From a virus (lineage: Duplodnaviria > Heunggongvirae > Uroviricota > Caudoviricetes): 42,888 bases of DNA. The notes under the pieces are model-generated. The model searched no databases, was not told the DNA's origin, and was given only the letters and a program-made list of their open reading frames with translations. The translations under genes and the position numbers were made by a program. This document shows positions 1 through 9,476 of the stretch, piece by piece. Each line of letters opens with the position of its first letter. Position 1 is the stretch's first letter. The stretch lies in the IMG/VR virus record IMGVR_UViG_2734482773_000006; one strand, given 5' to 3'.

Positions 1-2838
1 TTAAATACTCCCCGCGTTATACCACGTCCCATTAATGCAATACTGAATTGGCCTTGCCTGAGTTGTATCAATTAATTCAGCACGGTTTCCGTTAACTGAA
101 CCCGTAACGACATAACCTGACCTGTCAGACCAGCCGGGGCCTTTCCATGTCTGAACAGATGACAGACCGCCAAGGCGAATACCTGTAATAAACCTTGAGT
201 TACATTCTGCCTGCGTATATGCACCAACATCCCCCGCAGAGGGTTTGCGTGTTGTGGTGTAAAACTCTGACCAGTTAGCTTCAAAGCCATAACCATCACG
301 CGCTGAACGATAAAAAATACCGCCGTTCCTGTAATTCACGCGGAACTGTACAGCAGGGCAACTCCCCGCATTCATATTGAAGTGGAGGATTAATGTCGAT
401 GCACCACTGATATCTGCATCATAAACACCGCTATTCCAGTTCCAGCCAACAGCTTTATCATTTGCGACCCTGCGTCCTGTTTGCCCTAAAGCAAATGCAG
501 GCTGCTGGTTTTTCGTGTTGTAGTCTCGTCGCCAGCCAGGAGCGTAAGCATCACCATGATTAATATAAGTGAATTGAGCGTTAGTAATTCCGCCACCGCT
601 GGACGTGCTCGGCGTAGTAACGCGTATGGTCATTGCGCCGCGAGTGCCAATAACTTCCACCACAGCACCTGCAAGACAAATATTTCCGCAACCTGTATCT
701 GTAATAACCTTATTATTTGCATAAGCCCATGAGCCTTTGCACATCCAGTAAGGATGGTTAAATGCCCCCTGACTCTCCAGCCACGAAATAAATTGCGCAG
801 TTGTCCAGACCTGACTATCGCCACCAATATTCAGCCATGCGCTATATGCGCGGCAGGCACCAATGTTTTTGGTGAAGGTATCTTTTCCCGGAATATCTGC
901 GCCGTTCTGGTTTTTCTGTAATGCGCCAGAAGCCTGATTTACCGTTTCCTGTAAACCGAGGTATTCGATAACGGCAGCAACGGTCGATTTCGCAAGAATA
1001 TCCCGCCCGACTTTTGTCAGGGTTGCCAGGCTGGCGACATCATTCCCCGTAAAATACGGAAACCTGTCTGCCGCAGTAGCAAGCCCGGCCAGCGCCGTCA
1101 GGGTGGCATCTTTCGGTTGCTTACCCGCAAGCGCGTTAGTCATGGTGGTCGCAAAATTCGGGTCGTTGCCCAGCGCCGCCGCTAACTCGTTCAGCGTATT
1201 CAGTGCGTCAGGCGACGAGTCTACAAGGGCGGCAATCGCGGCCATCACATAAGCCGTACTTGCGATCTGAGTATTATTAGTACCTTTTGGCGCAGTTGGC
1301 GTTGTTGGCGTTCCGGTCAGTGCAGGACTATTTAAGGGCGCTTTCTTGTTCGTTTCATCCATTACCGCCTTAACCGCTTTTGGTGTCGCAGCCAGCGTTT
1401 CAGACGGGCTGTTAGTGGCGCTACTGAGCTGAACCACACCTTTTTTCGTCGTACTCGCATCTTCCAGAGATACGGCATCAGCAATATCCTCTGCCCGTTT
1501 TGCCGCTGTTTCGGCACGCGTTGCCGCGGATTCAGCAGCAACTTTGCTCTGAGATGCCGCCGTCGCACTGCCAGCAGCCTCTGTTGCCTTCGTGGATGCC
1601 GTCGTGGCGCTGCCCTTCGCTGCTGACGCTTGTCTGGTCGCCTCATCTTTTGAAGCAGACGCCGATGAGGCCGATGACGACGCCGAACTGGCTGACGATG
1701 CGGCAGCCGTTTTTGAGGATTCTGCGCTGGTTTCCGACGCTTTCGCGTTCGTTTCGGATGTCTTCGCTGCGGAAGCTGACCTCGCTGCTGCGCTGGCCTG
1801 CTCAGTGGCTTCGCCAGCCTTCGTTGTGGCTGTTGAAGCGGATGATGCGGCGCTTTCTGCCGATTTTCCGGCGGCGGTGGCACTGGCTGAGGCCTGCCCG
1901 GCACTTGTTGACGCGGCGCTGGCAGACGACGCAGCCGCTGTTTTTGAGCCTGCCGCAGCCGAGGCGCTCTGTCCCGCTGCCGTTTCAGAAGACCTGGCGT
2001 TTGTCTCAGACGTCTTTGCCGCCTTCGCGGAATTGCCTGCCGCCGTTGCCGAGGAAGCGGCACTACTGGCGCTTGATGATGCGTTCGTTTCTGATGATTT
2101 CGCTGCCTCTTTTGAGGCCGCCGCATCCCGGGCTGAGGTGGCTGCTTCTGACGCCTTCGTGGTCGCGGCGGATGCAGAAGTGGCTGCTGATTGTTGTGAC
2201 GCTGCCGCATTCGTTTCTGACGTTTTCGCCGCACCGGCACTGGTAGTTGCCGCGCTTTTTGAGGACTCTGCAGCAGCAGCACTTTTTGCTGCTTCACGGG
2301 CCTTTGTCGATGCCGTTCCTGCGCTGGAAGACGCTGACTGAGCCGACGACGCGGCCTGTCCGGCTGACGTGCTGGCTGCGCGTGCTGAGCCTGCAGCATC
2401 AGTCGCATGGGTTGCCGCCTCACGGGCTGATGTGCTGGCATCGCTGGCTGACTTCTTCGCGGCTGCCGTGTTCTGTGCCACCGCGGACGCGTTACGCGCC
2501 ACCTCTTCCACCATCAGCTCAAAACGGCGCAGTGCCTCCGGACGGGCATCATCCTCCGTCATGGCACCGAGAAAATCATTCAGCGTACCGGGCCGGGAAT
2601 CTTCATACACGGTGATGGTCCCGGCATGTGACGGCGGGAATCCCTCCACCAACAGAATAACGCTGTACTGCCCGTACTCAACGTCCATGCTGTAACGCCC
2701 GGCTTCATCCGGATTTTCTGAGGCCAGCGTGTTCACCACCACCGTGGTGCTGTTACGTTTTGCTTTCAGCTGGATTGTGCAGTTCTGTACCGGTTTTCCT
2801 GTGCCGTCTTTCAGTACACCTGAAATCTTTACTGCCAT
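1..2838 (-). CDS. stf: Side tail fibre protein Stf, with lambda-like N-terminus, long Ala/Ser/Thr-rich repeat region and divergent C-terminal domain
   Basis: ORF track 1..2844; N-terminus MAVKISGVLKDGTGKPVQNCTIQLKA matches lambda Stf as recalled; probable start at third codon; stop codon at 1..3 so the gene is complete. Confidence 0.85.
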   Translation of the reverse strand: MAVKISGVLKDGTGKPVQNCTIQLKAKRNSTTVVVNTLASENPDEAGRYSMDVEYGQYSVILLVEGFPPSHAGTITVYEDSRPGTLNDFLGAMTEDDARPEALRRFELMVEEVARNASAVAQNTAAAKKSASDASTSAREAATHATDAAGSARAASTSAGQAASSAQSASSSAGTASTKAREAAKSAAAAESSKSAATTSAGAAKTSETNAAASQQSAATSASAATTKASEAATSARDAAASKEAAKSSETNASSSASSAASSATAAGNSAKAAKTSETNARSSETAAGQSASAAAGSKTAAASSASAASTSAGQASASATAAGKSAESAASSASTATTKAGEATEQASAAARSASAAKTSETNAKASETSAESSKTAAASSASSASSSASSASASKDEATRQASAAKGSATTASTKATEAAGSATAASQSKVAAESAATRAETAAKRAEDIADAVSLEDASTTKKGVVQLSSATNSPSETLAATPKAVKAVMDETNKKAPLNSPALTGTPTTPTAPKGTNNTQIASTAYVMAAIAALVDSSPDALNTLNELAAALGNDPNFATTMTNALAGKQPKDATLTALAGLATAADRFPYFTGNDVASLATLTKVGRDILAKSTVAAVIEYLGLQETVNQASGALQKNQNGADIPGKDTFTKNIGACRAYSAWLNIGGDSQVWTTAQFISWLESQGAFNHPYWMCKGSWAYANNKVITDTGCGNICLAGAVVEVIGTRGAMTIRVTTPSTSSGGGITNAQFTYINHGDAYAPGWRRDYNTKNQQPAFALGQTGRRVANDKAVGWNWNSGVYDADISGASTLILHFNMNAGSCPAVQFRVNYRNGGIFYRSARDGYGFEANWSEFYTTTRKPSAGDVGAYTQAECNSRFITGIRLGGLSSVQTWKGPGWSDRSGYVVTGSVNGNRAELIDTTQARPIQYCINGTWYNAGSI

Positions 2839-2902
2839 ATTCACCCCACAAAAAAGCCCGCCTGAACCGGCGGGCTGTCATAACACTGTGTTACCTGGCT
2901 AA

Positions 2903-3502
2903 TCAGAATTTATAACCGACACCCACGATGAAACCGTCAGTGCGCCAGTCACCACTGCCGGAGCCTTCATAAGCAATATCAATGGCCACGGATTCGGTCG
3001 GGTTAAACTGCACGCCAGCCCCCCACGCCAGAGACGTGTTGCTGTGGCGACCGTCATCACTTCCGGTCAGCACATCGTGCGTTTTCCCCTTGTTGTCAGT
3101 TACGCGAAGATAATCCCCGGAGAAAGTCGACACACGGCTGTAAGCTACACCCGCCATCGCATACGCGCTGAACCATTCATTCACGCGCACAGACGGCCCC
3201 GCCATTACGCTGAACCAGCGGTTACGAACGGAATCTTCATGCCAGCGGGTATCGCTGTAACGGGTCAGCTGGCGATTCTTGTCTCCTGCATAGCTGAATG
3301 ACGTCACCAGCCCCAGTGTGTCCGTAAACTCATAACGGTATTTCACGTTAATCCCGTTCAGATCATCACTGCCGGGGACGTTCGTCGAGGCATGAAGATA
3401 CCCCGCGCTCAGCGTGGACTGATGTTCAGACGCCCATGCAGGCGCACCGGATACGGCCAGACAAATGGCTGCGGACAAAATTGCTGCACAAACTTTACGC
3501 AT
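2903..3502 (-). CDS. lom: Outer membrane protein Lom (Ail/Lom family)
   Basis: 199-aa ORF with signal peptide, ends in aromatic residue (beta-barrel); position between J and stf as in lambda. Confidence 0.9.
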   Translation of the reverse strand: MRKVCAAILSAAICLAVSGAPAWASEHQSTLSAGYLHASTNVPGSDDLNGINVKYRYEFTDTLGLVTSFSYAGDKNRQLTRYSDTRWHEDSVRNRWFSVMAGPSVRVNEWFSAYAMAGVAYSRVSTFSGDYLRVTDNKGKTHDVLTGSDDGRHSNTSLAWGAGVQFNPTESVAIDIAYEGSGSGDWRTDGFIVGVGYKF

Positions 3503-3572
3503 AATTACCTCTCGCTTTTCTGCAATAAAAAAGGCGTCATTCCTGACGCCCTTTATTGGGGTTATAAATATT

Positions 3573-6500
3573 TCAACGAATACTGATGCCGGAAGCGGCT
3601 TTTTTGGTCACAATCACCGTACAGTCGGTGATATTGCCTGCCCCCTGATTGCCTTTCTGGAAAATCTTAAACTCCAGAGTGACGCTTCCCCTGCCACTCG
3701 GCATATCAATAACTGCACTGTAACTACCGGGAATGGCCCCTTTAGTTTCTCTGGATGCGATTAATACGCCGTTTTTGCGAACTTCAAAACCATAACCCGT
3801 GTATCGCGTGCCTCCTGGGTTATTTCCGCTCCCCGGATCGTCATACGCTATACCGTTAAAAATAATGGGCGGAATAATAATCTGGCGGTCAAAGTTATGA
3901 TCATCGCTGATGGTGACTGTAACCGTACCGTTTGGTGTTTCCGTGTTACCCCACGTACCGACTTTTTTCGGGAAGGCTTTTGATACAGCTTTAACGAAAT
4001 CTCCTCTGACCTGGGTCGCCTCCAGCATGCCCTTAATCGTACAGTTCTGGTTAATCGTGACATTGTTGAGCGTTCCTGAGTTCGCATTCACACTGCCACT
4101 GATATCCGCATTTTTCGCCGTCAGTCTCCCGTCTGATGTCAGGGAAAATGCCGGAGGATTACCGCCGCTGGTAATGGTGGGGGCCGTCAGGCGTTTCAGG
4201 AACACTTCATTCATGAATATCTGATCGCCCTGACCAACAAACATCGGCTTTGTGTTGCCATTCGCAGGATTAATCATCGCAATCCTGTCTGCTGCCAGCA
4301 GCACCTGACTCTGCATGCCGTCAGGGGTGTTCTCAATACCGGCACCGATACCCGCAATATAAAGGCGTCCGTCCTGCATCTGCTGCAGCTTCACTGCCCA
4401 CATGCTGTTCAGGTTATTATTTGTATCAACCTGAACCTTCTGTATCTGCTGGATCGCTGCACTCTGGTCTTCCAGTTTCTTATTGACGGTCTGTGTTATT
4501 TCATTGCTGACATCCGTTATGGACGTCCTGATTTCAGTCAGGTCAGGCGCAAGCTGACCGTTATCAATCTGCGTCCACAGCTCCTGAGCCAGATGGGTTT
4601 TCCCTATCTCGCCTTTGAAAAAATCCAGATAGCCTGATGCATCATCACTCGGCTGACCGACAGCCTCCACGAATGCCGATTTGCCAACGGTGTTCACACT
4701 GCGGATATAAAAGTAATAATCATGGCCCGGTTTGATATTGATACTGGCGGCTATCCAGTACAGCCCCGTGCCAAGGTAGCGGGCTGTGGTTTCAACCTGC
4801 CTGATATCGGTAATCCGCGTTTCCGAGAACCAGAACTCAAATTGTACCGTCGGATCATAAACCGCAAGATGCGGCGTGGCGGTTATCTGAAAATAGCCCG
4901 GTGTCAGCTCAATCCGAGACGGCGCTGCCGGTGCGGCAATCCGGAACGATACCGATGCCGGTTCGCCCTGCTGTCCCCACGCATTTACCGCCCGGACAGT
5001 CAGCCTGTAGTTCCCCAGCGCCAGTTGCGTGAAGCGGTATGTGGTTTCCGTCGTCCTGGCCGTACTGACCAGCCGCTCACTGCCATCGTCCGCTGCCACG
5101 GTCAGGCGAAGCAGGAAGCTCACCCCCTTCACCACCTTCGGCGTGTCCCAGCGCGCCAGCACCTGATATTCCCCGCTGTCTGCGGTGACTTCGGCAGTCA
5201 GGTGCTGCACCGCGGGCGGCGTGACGCCATTCACCGTGCCGCTCAGGTCGCCGTCAAAGTGCGCCCCGTTATCCACGATGGCTTCTTTTTCGGGTACATG
5301 CTGCACGGCGGTGATGGCATACGTGCCGTCGTCGTTCTCACGGATACTCACGCAGCGGAACAGGCGCTGGCGCAGCGTCGGCAGCTTCAGCCCCCACACG
5401 CTGTATCCGGCAACGCCGTCAGGAACACGGCTCACTTTTACCTTCACGCCGTCGGTGACGGACTGGACCTCCACGCTGACCGGATTGCCACTTCCGTCAA
5501 CCAGGCTTATCAGCGTGGTACCGGAGGATGGCAGCGTGATTTCACGGTCGAGCGTCAGCGTCCGGGTCTGGCTGTTCACCGCCAGCACGCGCCCGCCGAT
5601 GCTGATACCCGCATAGTCATCATCGCAGATTTCAATGACATCCCCCGGTACATGGCGAAGCCCTTCCGCACCCACGCTGAAGTCCACGGTCTGCGTTTCC
5701 AGCAGTTCCGTTTTAATCAGCCACAGCCCGGCGCGGTGCGCCTGCCCCCGGCTGGTACAGCCAAAGGCATCCATCTTCGTGACGTTACGACCGTAACGGG
5801 CAATGGCCTGAGTATCTTCAACAAGCTCTGTCGCCGTCTCCCAGCCGTTGTTCGGGTCAATCCAGTTCACCTCAACGGCATTATGGCGGTCCTTCAGGGC
5901 GCTGAAGCTGTAGCGGAACGGCGCGCCATCATCCGGCATCACCACATTACTGCGGTTATAGGTCCACGCCTTATCCGACGGTCGGTCCTGCACAAACGTC
6001 AGCGTCTGCCCGTTCCATACCGGCATACAGCGCATCGCCGAGCAGAAATCACTGAGCACATCCCACGCCTTACGCTGTGTGGTCAGGTACGCATTACAGG
6101 TGATGCGCGGCTCCGTGCCGCCAAAGCCGTCCGGCACTGACTGGTCGCAGTACTGGCCGATGACATACAGCGCCCATTTATCTACATCCGCTGCACCAAG
6201 ACGTTTCCCCATGCCGTAGCGCGGATGGGTCAGCATATCCCACATACACCAGGCCATGTTGTTGCTGTATGCTGGCTTAAACGTTCCGTCCCAGATACCG
6301 CTGTATTGCCGCGTCTGCGGGTTATAGTTCGACGGCACCTGCAGAATGCGCCCGCGCAGATGATAATTACGGCTCACCTGCTGGCTGCCGAACTGCTCCG
6401 AATCCACCTGCACGCCGACCAGTGCCGTGTTCGGGTAGCACTGTTTCACATCGATGATTTCGGTGTATGACGACCAGAGCGTTTTGTTCTGCAGCTGGTC

Positions 6501-7070
6501 TGTGGTGCTGTCCGGCGTCATCCTGCGCATCCGGATATTAAACGGGCGCGGCGGCAGGTTATCCACCACCACCGAGGCCAGATACTGCGAGGTGGTTTTG
6601 CCCTTAATGGTGATGTCTTTTTCCGTCACCCAGCCACCGTTACGCTGTATCTGAACCAGCAGGCGGACTTCCGACGGATTCCGGTCCCCCTTTGAGGTGG
6701 TTTCCACCAGTGCCTGCACACCGAAGGTAAAGCGCAGACGGTCGATGTTTGCAGACGTAATGGTGCGGGTGATCGGCGTGTCATATTTCACTTCCGTACC
6801 CAGCACCGTCTCGGAGCCGGAGGATTCAAACCCCTCCGGCGGTGTCTGCTCCTGCTCACCGGCACGGAACACCACCGTGACACCGGAGATGTTGGTATTC
6901 CCCTCAGTGTCCAGCACCGGCGTACTGTTCAGCAGCACGCTTTTTAATCCATCCACCGGACCTTCAACCGGCCCTTCGCTGATGGCATCGATCACACTCA
7001 GCAGCTGCGTGGACTTCAGGTTGTCCTTCGCTTCGCGCGGGGTATGCCCCTTACTGCTGCCTTTACCCAT
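3573..7070 (-). CDS. J: Tail tip host specificity protein J (central tail fibre)
   Basis: 1165-aa ORF; N-terminal and central sequence lambda J-like; C-terminal ~150 aa differ from lambda J as recalled. Confidence 0.95.
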   Translation of the reverse strand: MGKGSSKGHTPREAKDNLKSTQLLSVIDAISEGPVEGPVDGLKSVLLNSTPVLDTEGNTNISGVTVVFRAGEQEQTPPEGFESSGSETVLGTEVKYDTPITRTITSANIDRLRFTFGVQALVETTSKGDRNPSEVRLLVQIQRNGGWVTEKDITIKGKTTSQYLASVVVDNLPPRPFNIRMRRMTPDSTTDQLQNKTLWSSYTEIIDVKQCYPNTALVGVQVDSEQFGSQQVSRNYHLRGRILQVPSNYNPQTRQYSGIWDGTFKPAYSNNMAWCMWDMLTHPRYGMGKRLGAADVDKWALYVIGQYCDQSVPDGFGGTEPRITCNAYLTTQRKAWDVLSDFCSAMRCMPVWNGQTLTFVQDRPSDKAWTYNRSNVVMPDDGAPFRYSFSALKDRHNAVEVNWIDPNNGWETATELVEDTQAIARYGRNVTKMDAFGCTSRGQAHRAGLWLIKTELLETQTVDFSVGAEGLRHVPGDVIEICDDDYAGISIGGRVLAVNSQTRTLTLDREITLPSSGTTLISLVDGSGNPVSVEVQSVTDGVKVKVSRVPDGVAGYSVWGLKLPTLRQRLFRCVSIRENDDGTYAITAVQHVPEKEAIVDNGAHFDGDLSGTVNGVTPPAVQHLTAEVTADSGEYQVLARWDTPKVVKGVSFLLRLTVAADDGSERLVSTARTTETTYRFTQLALGNYRLTVRAVNAWGQQGEPASVSFRIAAPAAPSRIELTPGYFQITATPHLAVYDPTVQFEFWFSETRITDIRQVETTARYLGTGLYWIAASINIKPGHDYYFYIRSVNTVGKSAFVEAVGQPSDDASGYLDFFKGEIGKTHLAQELWTQIDNGQLAPDLTEIRTSITDVSNEITQTVNKKLEDQSAAIQQIQKVQVDTNNNLNSMWAVKLQQMQDGRLYIAGIGAGIENTPDGMQSQVLLAADRIAMINPANGNTKPMFVGQGDQIFMNEVFLKRLTAPTITSGGNPPAFSLTSDGRLTAKNADISGSVNANSGTLNNVTINQNCTIKGMLEATQVRGDFVKAVSKAFPKKVGTWGNTETPNGTVTVTISDDHNFDRQIIIPPIIFNGIAYDDPGSGNNPGGTRYTGYGFEVRKNGVLIASRETKGAIPGSYSAVIDMPSGRGSVTLEFKIFQKGNQGAGNITDCTVIVTKKAASGISIR

Positions 7071-7130
7071 TCCTCACGCTCCATAAATGACAAAACCGCC
7101 CGCAGGCGGTTTCACATAAAACATTTTGCA

Positions 7131-7802
7131 TCAGCGACCAATCACCACAACCTGACCACCGTCCCCTTCGTCTGCCGTGCTGATCTCCTGAGAAACCACG
7201 CGAGACCCCACGCGCATTTCCCCGTACAGAACAGGCAGAACATTGCCCTGGGCAACCATGTTATCCAGTGAGGAGAAATAGGTGTTCTGCTTACCGTTAT
7301 CCGTTGTCTGTGTACGGGGAGTTCTGGCTTTCGGTGCCAGCATCTGCGCCACACCACCGAGCACCATACTGGCACCGAGAGAAAACAGGATGCCGGTCAT
7401 ACCACCGGTCCCAATGGCTGCCCCCCATGCTGCAAGGGTGGCTCCGGCGGTAAAGAATGATCCGGCAATGGCGGCAGCCCCCAGGACAATCTGGAATACG
7501 CCACCTGACTTGGCCCCGGCGACTCTGGGAACAATATGAATCACAGCGCCATCAGGCAGAGTCTCATGTAACTGCGCCGTTAACCCGGACGTGCTGACGT
7601 CCCGCCCGGCAATCCGTACCTGATACCAGCCGTCGCTCAGTTTCTGACGAAACGCCGGGAGCTGTGTGGCCAGTGCCCGGATGGCTTCAGCCCCCGTTTT
7701 CACACGAAGGTCGATGCGGCGACCAAATCGTTGTAAATCCCCGTAAAGGCAGATGCGCGCCATGCCCGGTGACGCCAGAGGGAGTGTGTGCGTCGCTGCC
7801 AT
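7131..7802 (-). CDS. I: Tail assembly protein I
   Basis: 223 aa, same length as lambda I; overlaps K by ~100 nt as in lambda. Confidence 0.9.
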   Translation of the reverse strand: MAATHTLPLASPGMARICLYGDLQRFGRRIDLRVKTGAEAIRALATQLPAFRQKLSDGWYQVRIAGRDVSTSGLTAQLHETLPDGAVIHIVPRVAGAKSGGVFQIVLGAAAIAGSFFTAGATLAAWGAAIGTGGMTGILFSLGASMVLGGVAQMLAPKARTPRTQTTDNGKQNTYFSSLDNMVAQGNVLPVLYGEMRVGSRVVSQEISTADEGDGGQVVVIGR

Positions 7803-8443
7803 TTGTCGGTGTACCTCTCTCGTTTGCTCAGTTGTTCAGGAATATGGTGCAGCAGCTCGCCGTCGCCGCAGTAAATTGCGGCGTGATTCGGCACTGATGA
7901 ACCAAAACAGCACAGCAGCACATCGCCCGGCTGTGCCGCTGACAACGGCACCTGATACAGCCCCGTCGCCTCCAGATTATCCAGATAGAGATTCTGGCCG
8001 TTACGCCACCAGTCATCCTCACGATAAAAGTCCGGCATCTCAATCCCCGCCAGATGATAAGCATCCCGGAACAGTGTGTAACAGTCCGTCACACCGTGCT
8101 CAAAGCGCCGCCCGGTGAGATGCGGCACACAGCGGAACTTATGAATCGTCCCCCGGCAGACCAGCCACCACGGCAAATCACTCTGCACCTGCAGCCGCCG
8201 GTCGGCCTCACTCAGCCAGGGCAGACCACCGGGGTGGCTGTGGACCAGCGCCACAATCTCACCCTGCATTTCTGCCTGCAGCCAGTCTTCCGGCGACATA
8301 CGGAAATACGCCTCCGGCTCACCGGAGATATTCACGCAGGGAAAATATCTTTCCCCCTCCGGCGTGCTTACCACGAAGCCGCACGACTCCGCTGGCGCAC
8401 ATCGCCGGGCGTGCGCCAGAATCGCTGATTCTGTCTGTGTCAT
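7700..8443 (-). CDS. K: Tail assembly protein K (JAB/MPN plus NlpC/P60-like)
   Basis: ORF begins MTQTESAILAHARRC; HSH and cysteine motifs; follows L. Confidence 0.9.
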   Translation of the reverse strand: MTQTESAILAHARRCAPAESCGFVVSTPEGERYFPCVNISGEPEAYFRMSPEDWLQAEMQGEIVALVHSHPGGLPWLSEADRRLQVQSDLPWWLVCRGTIHKFRCVPHLTGRRFEHGVTDCYTLFRDAYHLAGIEMPDFYREDDWWRNGQNLYLDNLEATGLYQVPLSAAQPGDVLLCCFGSSVPNHAAIYCGDGELLHHIPEQLSKRERYTDKWQRRTHSLWRHRAWRASAFTGIYNDLVAASTFV

Positions 8444-8448
8444 GGGAT

Positions 8449-9147
8449 TTACTGCGAAAGTTTGTTAATGGAAAGGAAGCCGCCAAAGTTGCCGACGTTA
8501 TTGCGGAACTTACAACCGCTCAGGCATTTGCTGCATTTATCCTTCGTGATATCGGACGTTGGCTGGTCATATTCATCCGCGACAGCCGGACCGCTATAAC
8601 CGCACTCGTCACCGCGATAGGTCCAGGTGCAGGTGTTGGCCAGCATGATACGTCCCGGAAAAACAGCGCCATCCGTTTCCGTCGGCGTGGACAGTACAAA
8701 GGAGGCACTCACCGCGCTCAGTTCGCTGCACTGCTCAATGCGCCAGCGGCTGATCACCTCCTGCTCCGGATCGGCGTAACTGTTTCCGTTGACGAAGTTC
8801 ACCGCATCCAGAAAACGGGCGTAAACCTTACGCCGGACCACCGTTCCGCCGACCAGACTCTGCATATCTTCCGCCATCCCGGTGACCATACCGTACAGGT
8901 TAGAAACCGTCAGCGTGGGGCGCATACTGGTGCCTTTGCCATTCAGTTCAAAACCGCTCCCCTGAATGGGATACGGCTGATACTGTCGCCCCTGCCAGGT
9001 GACCGGCTCACCTTTTTCGTTCTGCTCATTACAGAAAAAATAACGTTCTCCACCGACCTCTGTCAGGTCGATTTCCCAGAGCACCACGCTGGCCGACTGC
9101 TCCGCACGGGTGCATTCATTCAGTGTTTCCTGCCGGATATCCTGCAT
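8449..9147 (-). CDS. L: Tail tip protein L
   Basis: 232 aa, same length and position as lambda L. Confidence 0.9.
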   Translation of the reverse strand: MQDIRQETLNECTRAEQSASVVLWEIDLTEVGGERYFFCNEQNEKGEPVTWQGRQYQPYPIQGSGFELNGKGTSMRPTLTVSNLYGMVTGMAEDMQSLVGGTVVRRKVYARFLDAVNFVNGNSYADPEQEVISRWRIEQCSELSAVSASFVLSTPTETDGAVFPGRIMLANTCTWTYRGDECGYSGPAVADEYDQPTSDITKDKCSKCLSGCKFRNNVGNFGGFLSINKLSQ

Positions 9148-9476
9148 CAGTTCACCACCTGTTCAAACTCTGCGCTGAACTCAACACGCAGCATACTGAC
9201 CCGCGACGACCATTTTGCGCAGGTCACCTTTATCTGCCGCCACTCATAAGGCGGCGTCCACAGAAAGGCTTTCCAGCCCCCGTGCTCTTCCAGAAACGAC
9301 TCCAGTACCGTGGCCTCCTCACGGGGGACAGAAAGCGTCACGCTGTACGTTTTCAGGTTGGCATTCAGCCCGGCAGGCGCTCGCTGGGAATAGCCATCAC
9401 CAAAGCGCACCTTTCTTACAGAAGGGGCCGAAGCCACATCCATACCGGGTTTCACTTTCCAGCGGAAGGTTTTCAT
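9147..9476 (-). CDS. M: Tail tip protein M
   Basis: 109 aa, same length and position as lambda M. Confidence 0.9.
   Translation of the reverse strand: MKTFRWKVKPGMDVASAPSVRKVRFGDGYSQRAPAGLNANLKTYSVTLSVPREEATVLESFLEEHGGWKAFLWTPPYEWRQIKVTCAKWSSRVSMLRVEFSAEFEQVVN

Noticed and set aside
1362-2441. Three long ORFs (359, 248 and 249 aa; also 2247..2615 and 2369..2695) overlapping the stf gene on both strands
   Set aside because: They lie within the GC-rich Ala/Ser/Thr repeat region of stf and encode Arg/Pro- or Ala/Asp-rich low-complexity products typical of alternative frames of a repetitive sequence; the lambda-like stf frame explains the region.
4722-6140. 472-aa ORF on the plus strand antisense to gene J, plus other antisense ORFs in tail and head genes (for example 8437..9249, 10328..10858, 21053..21820)
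   Set aside because: Antisense frames inside well-identified, GC-rich lambda structural genes; Arg-rich low-complexity translations; no start context; classic spurious ORFs.
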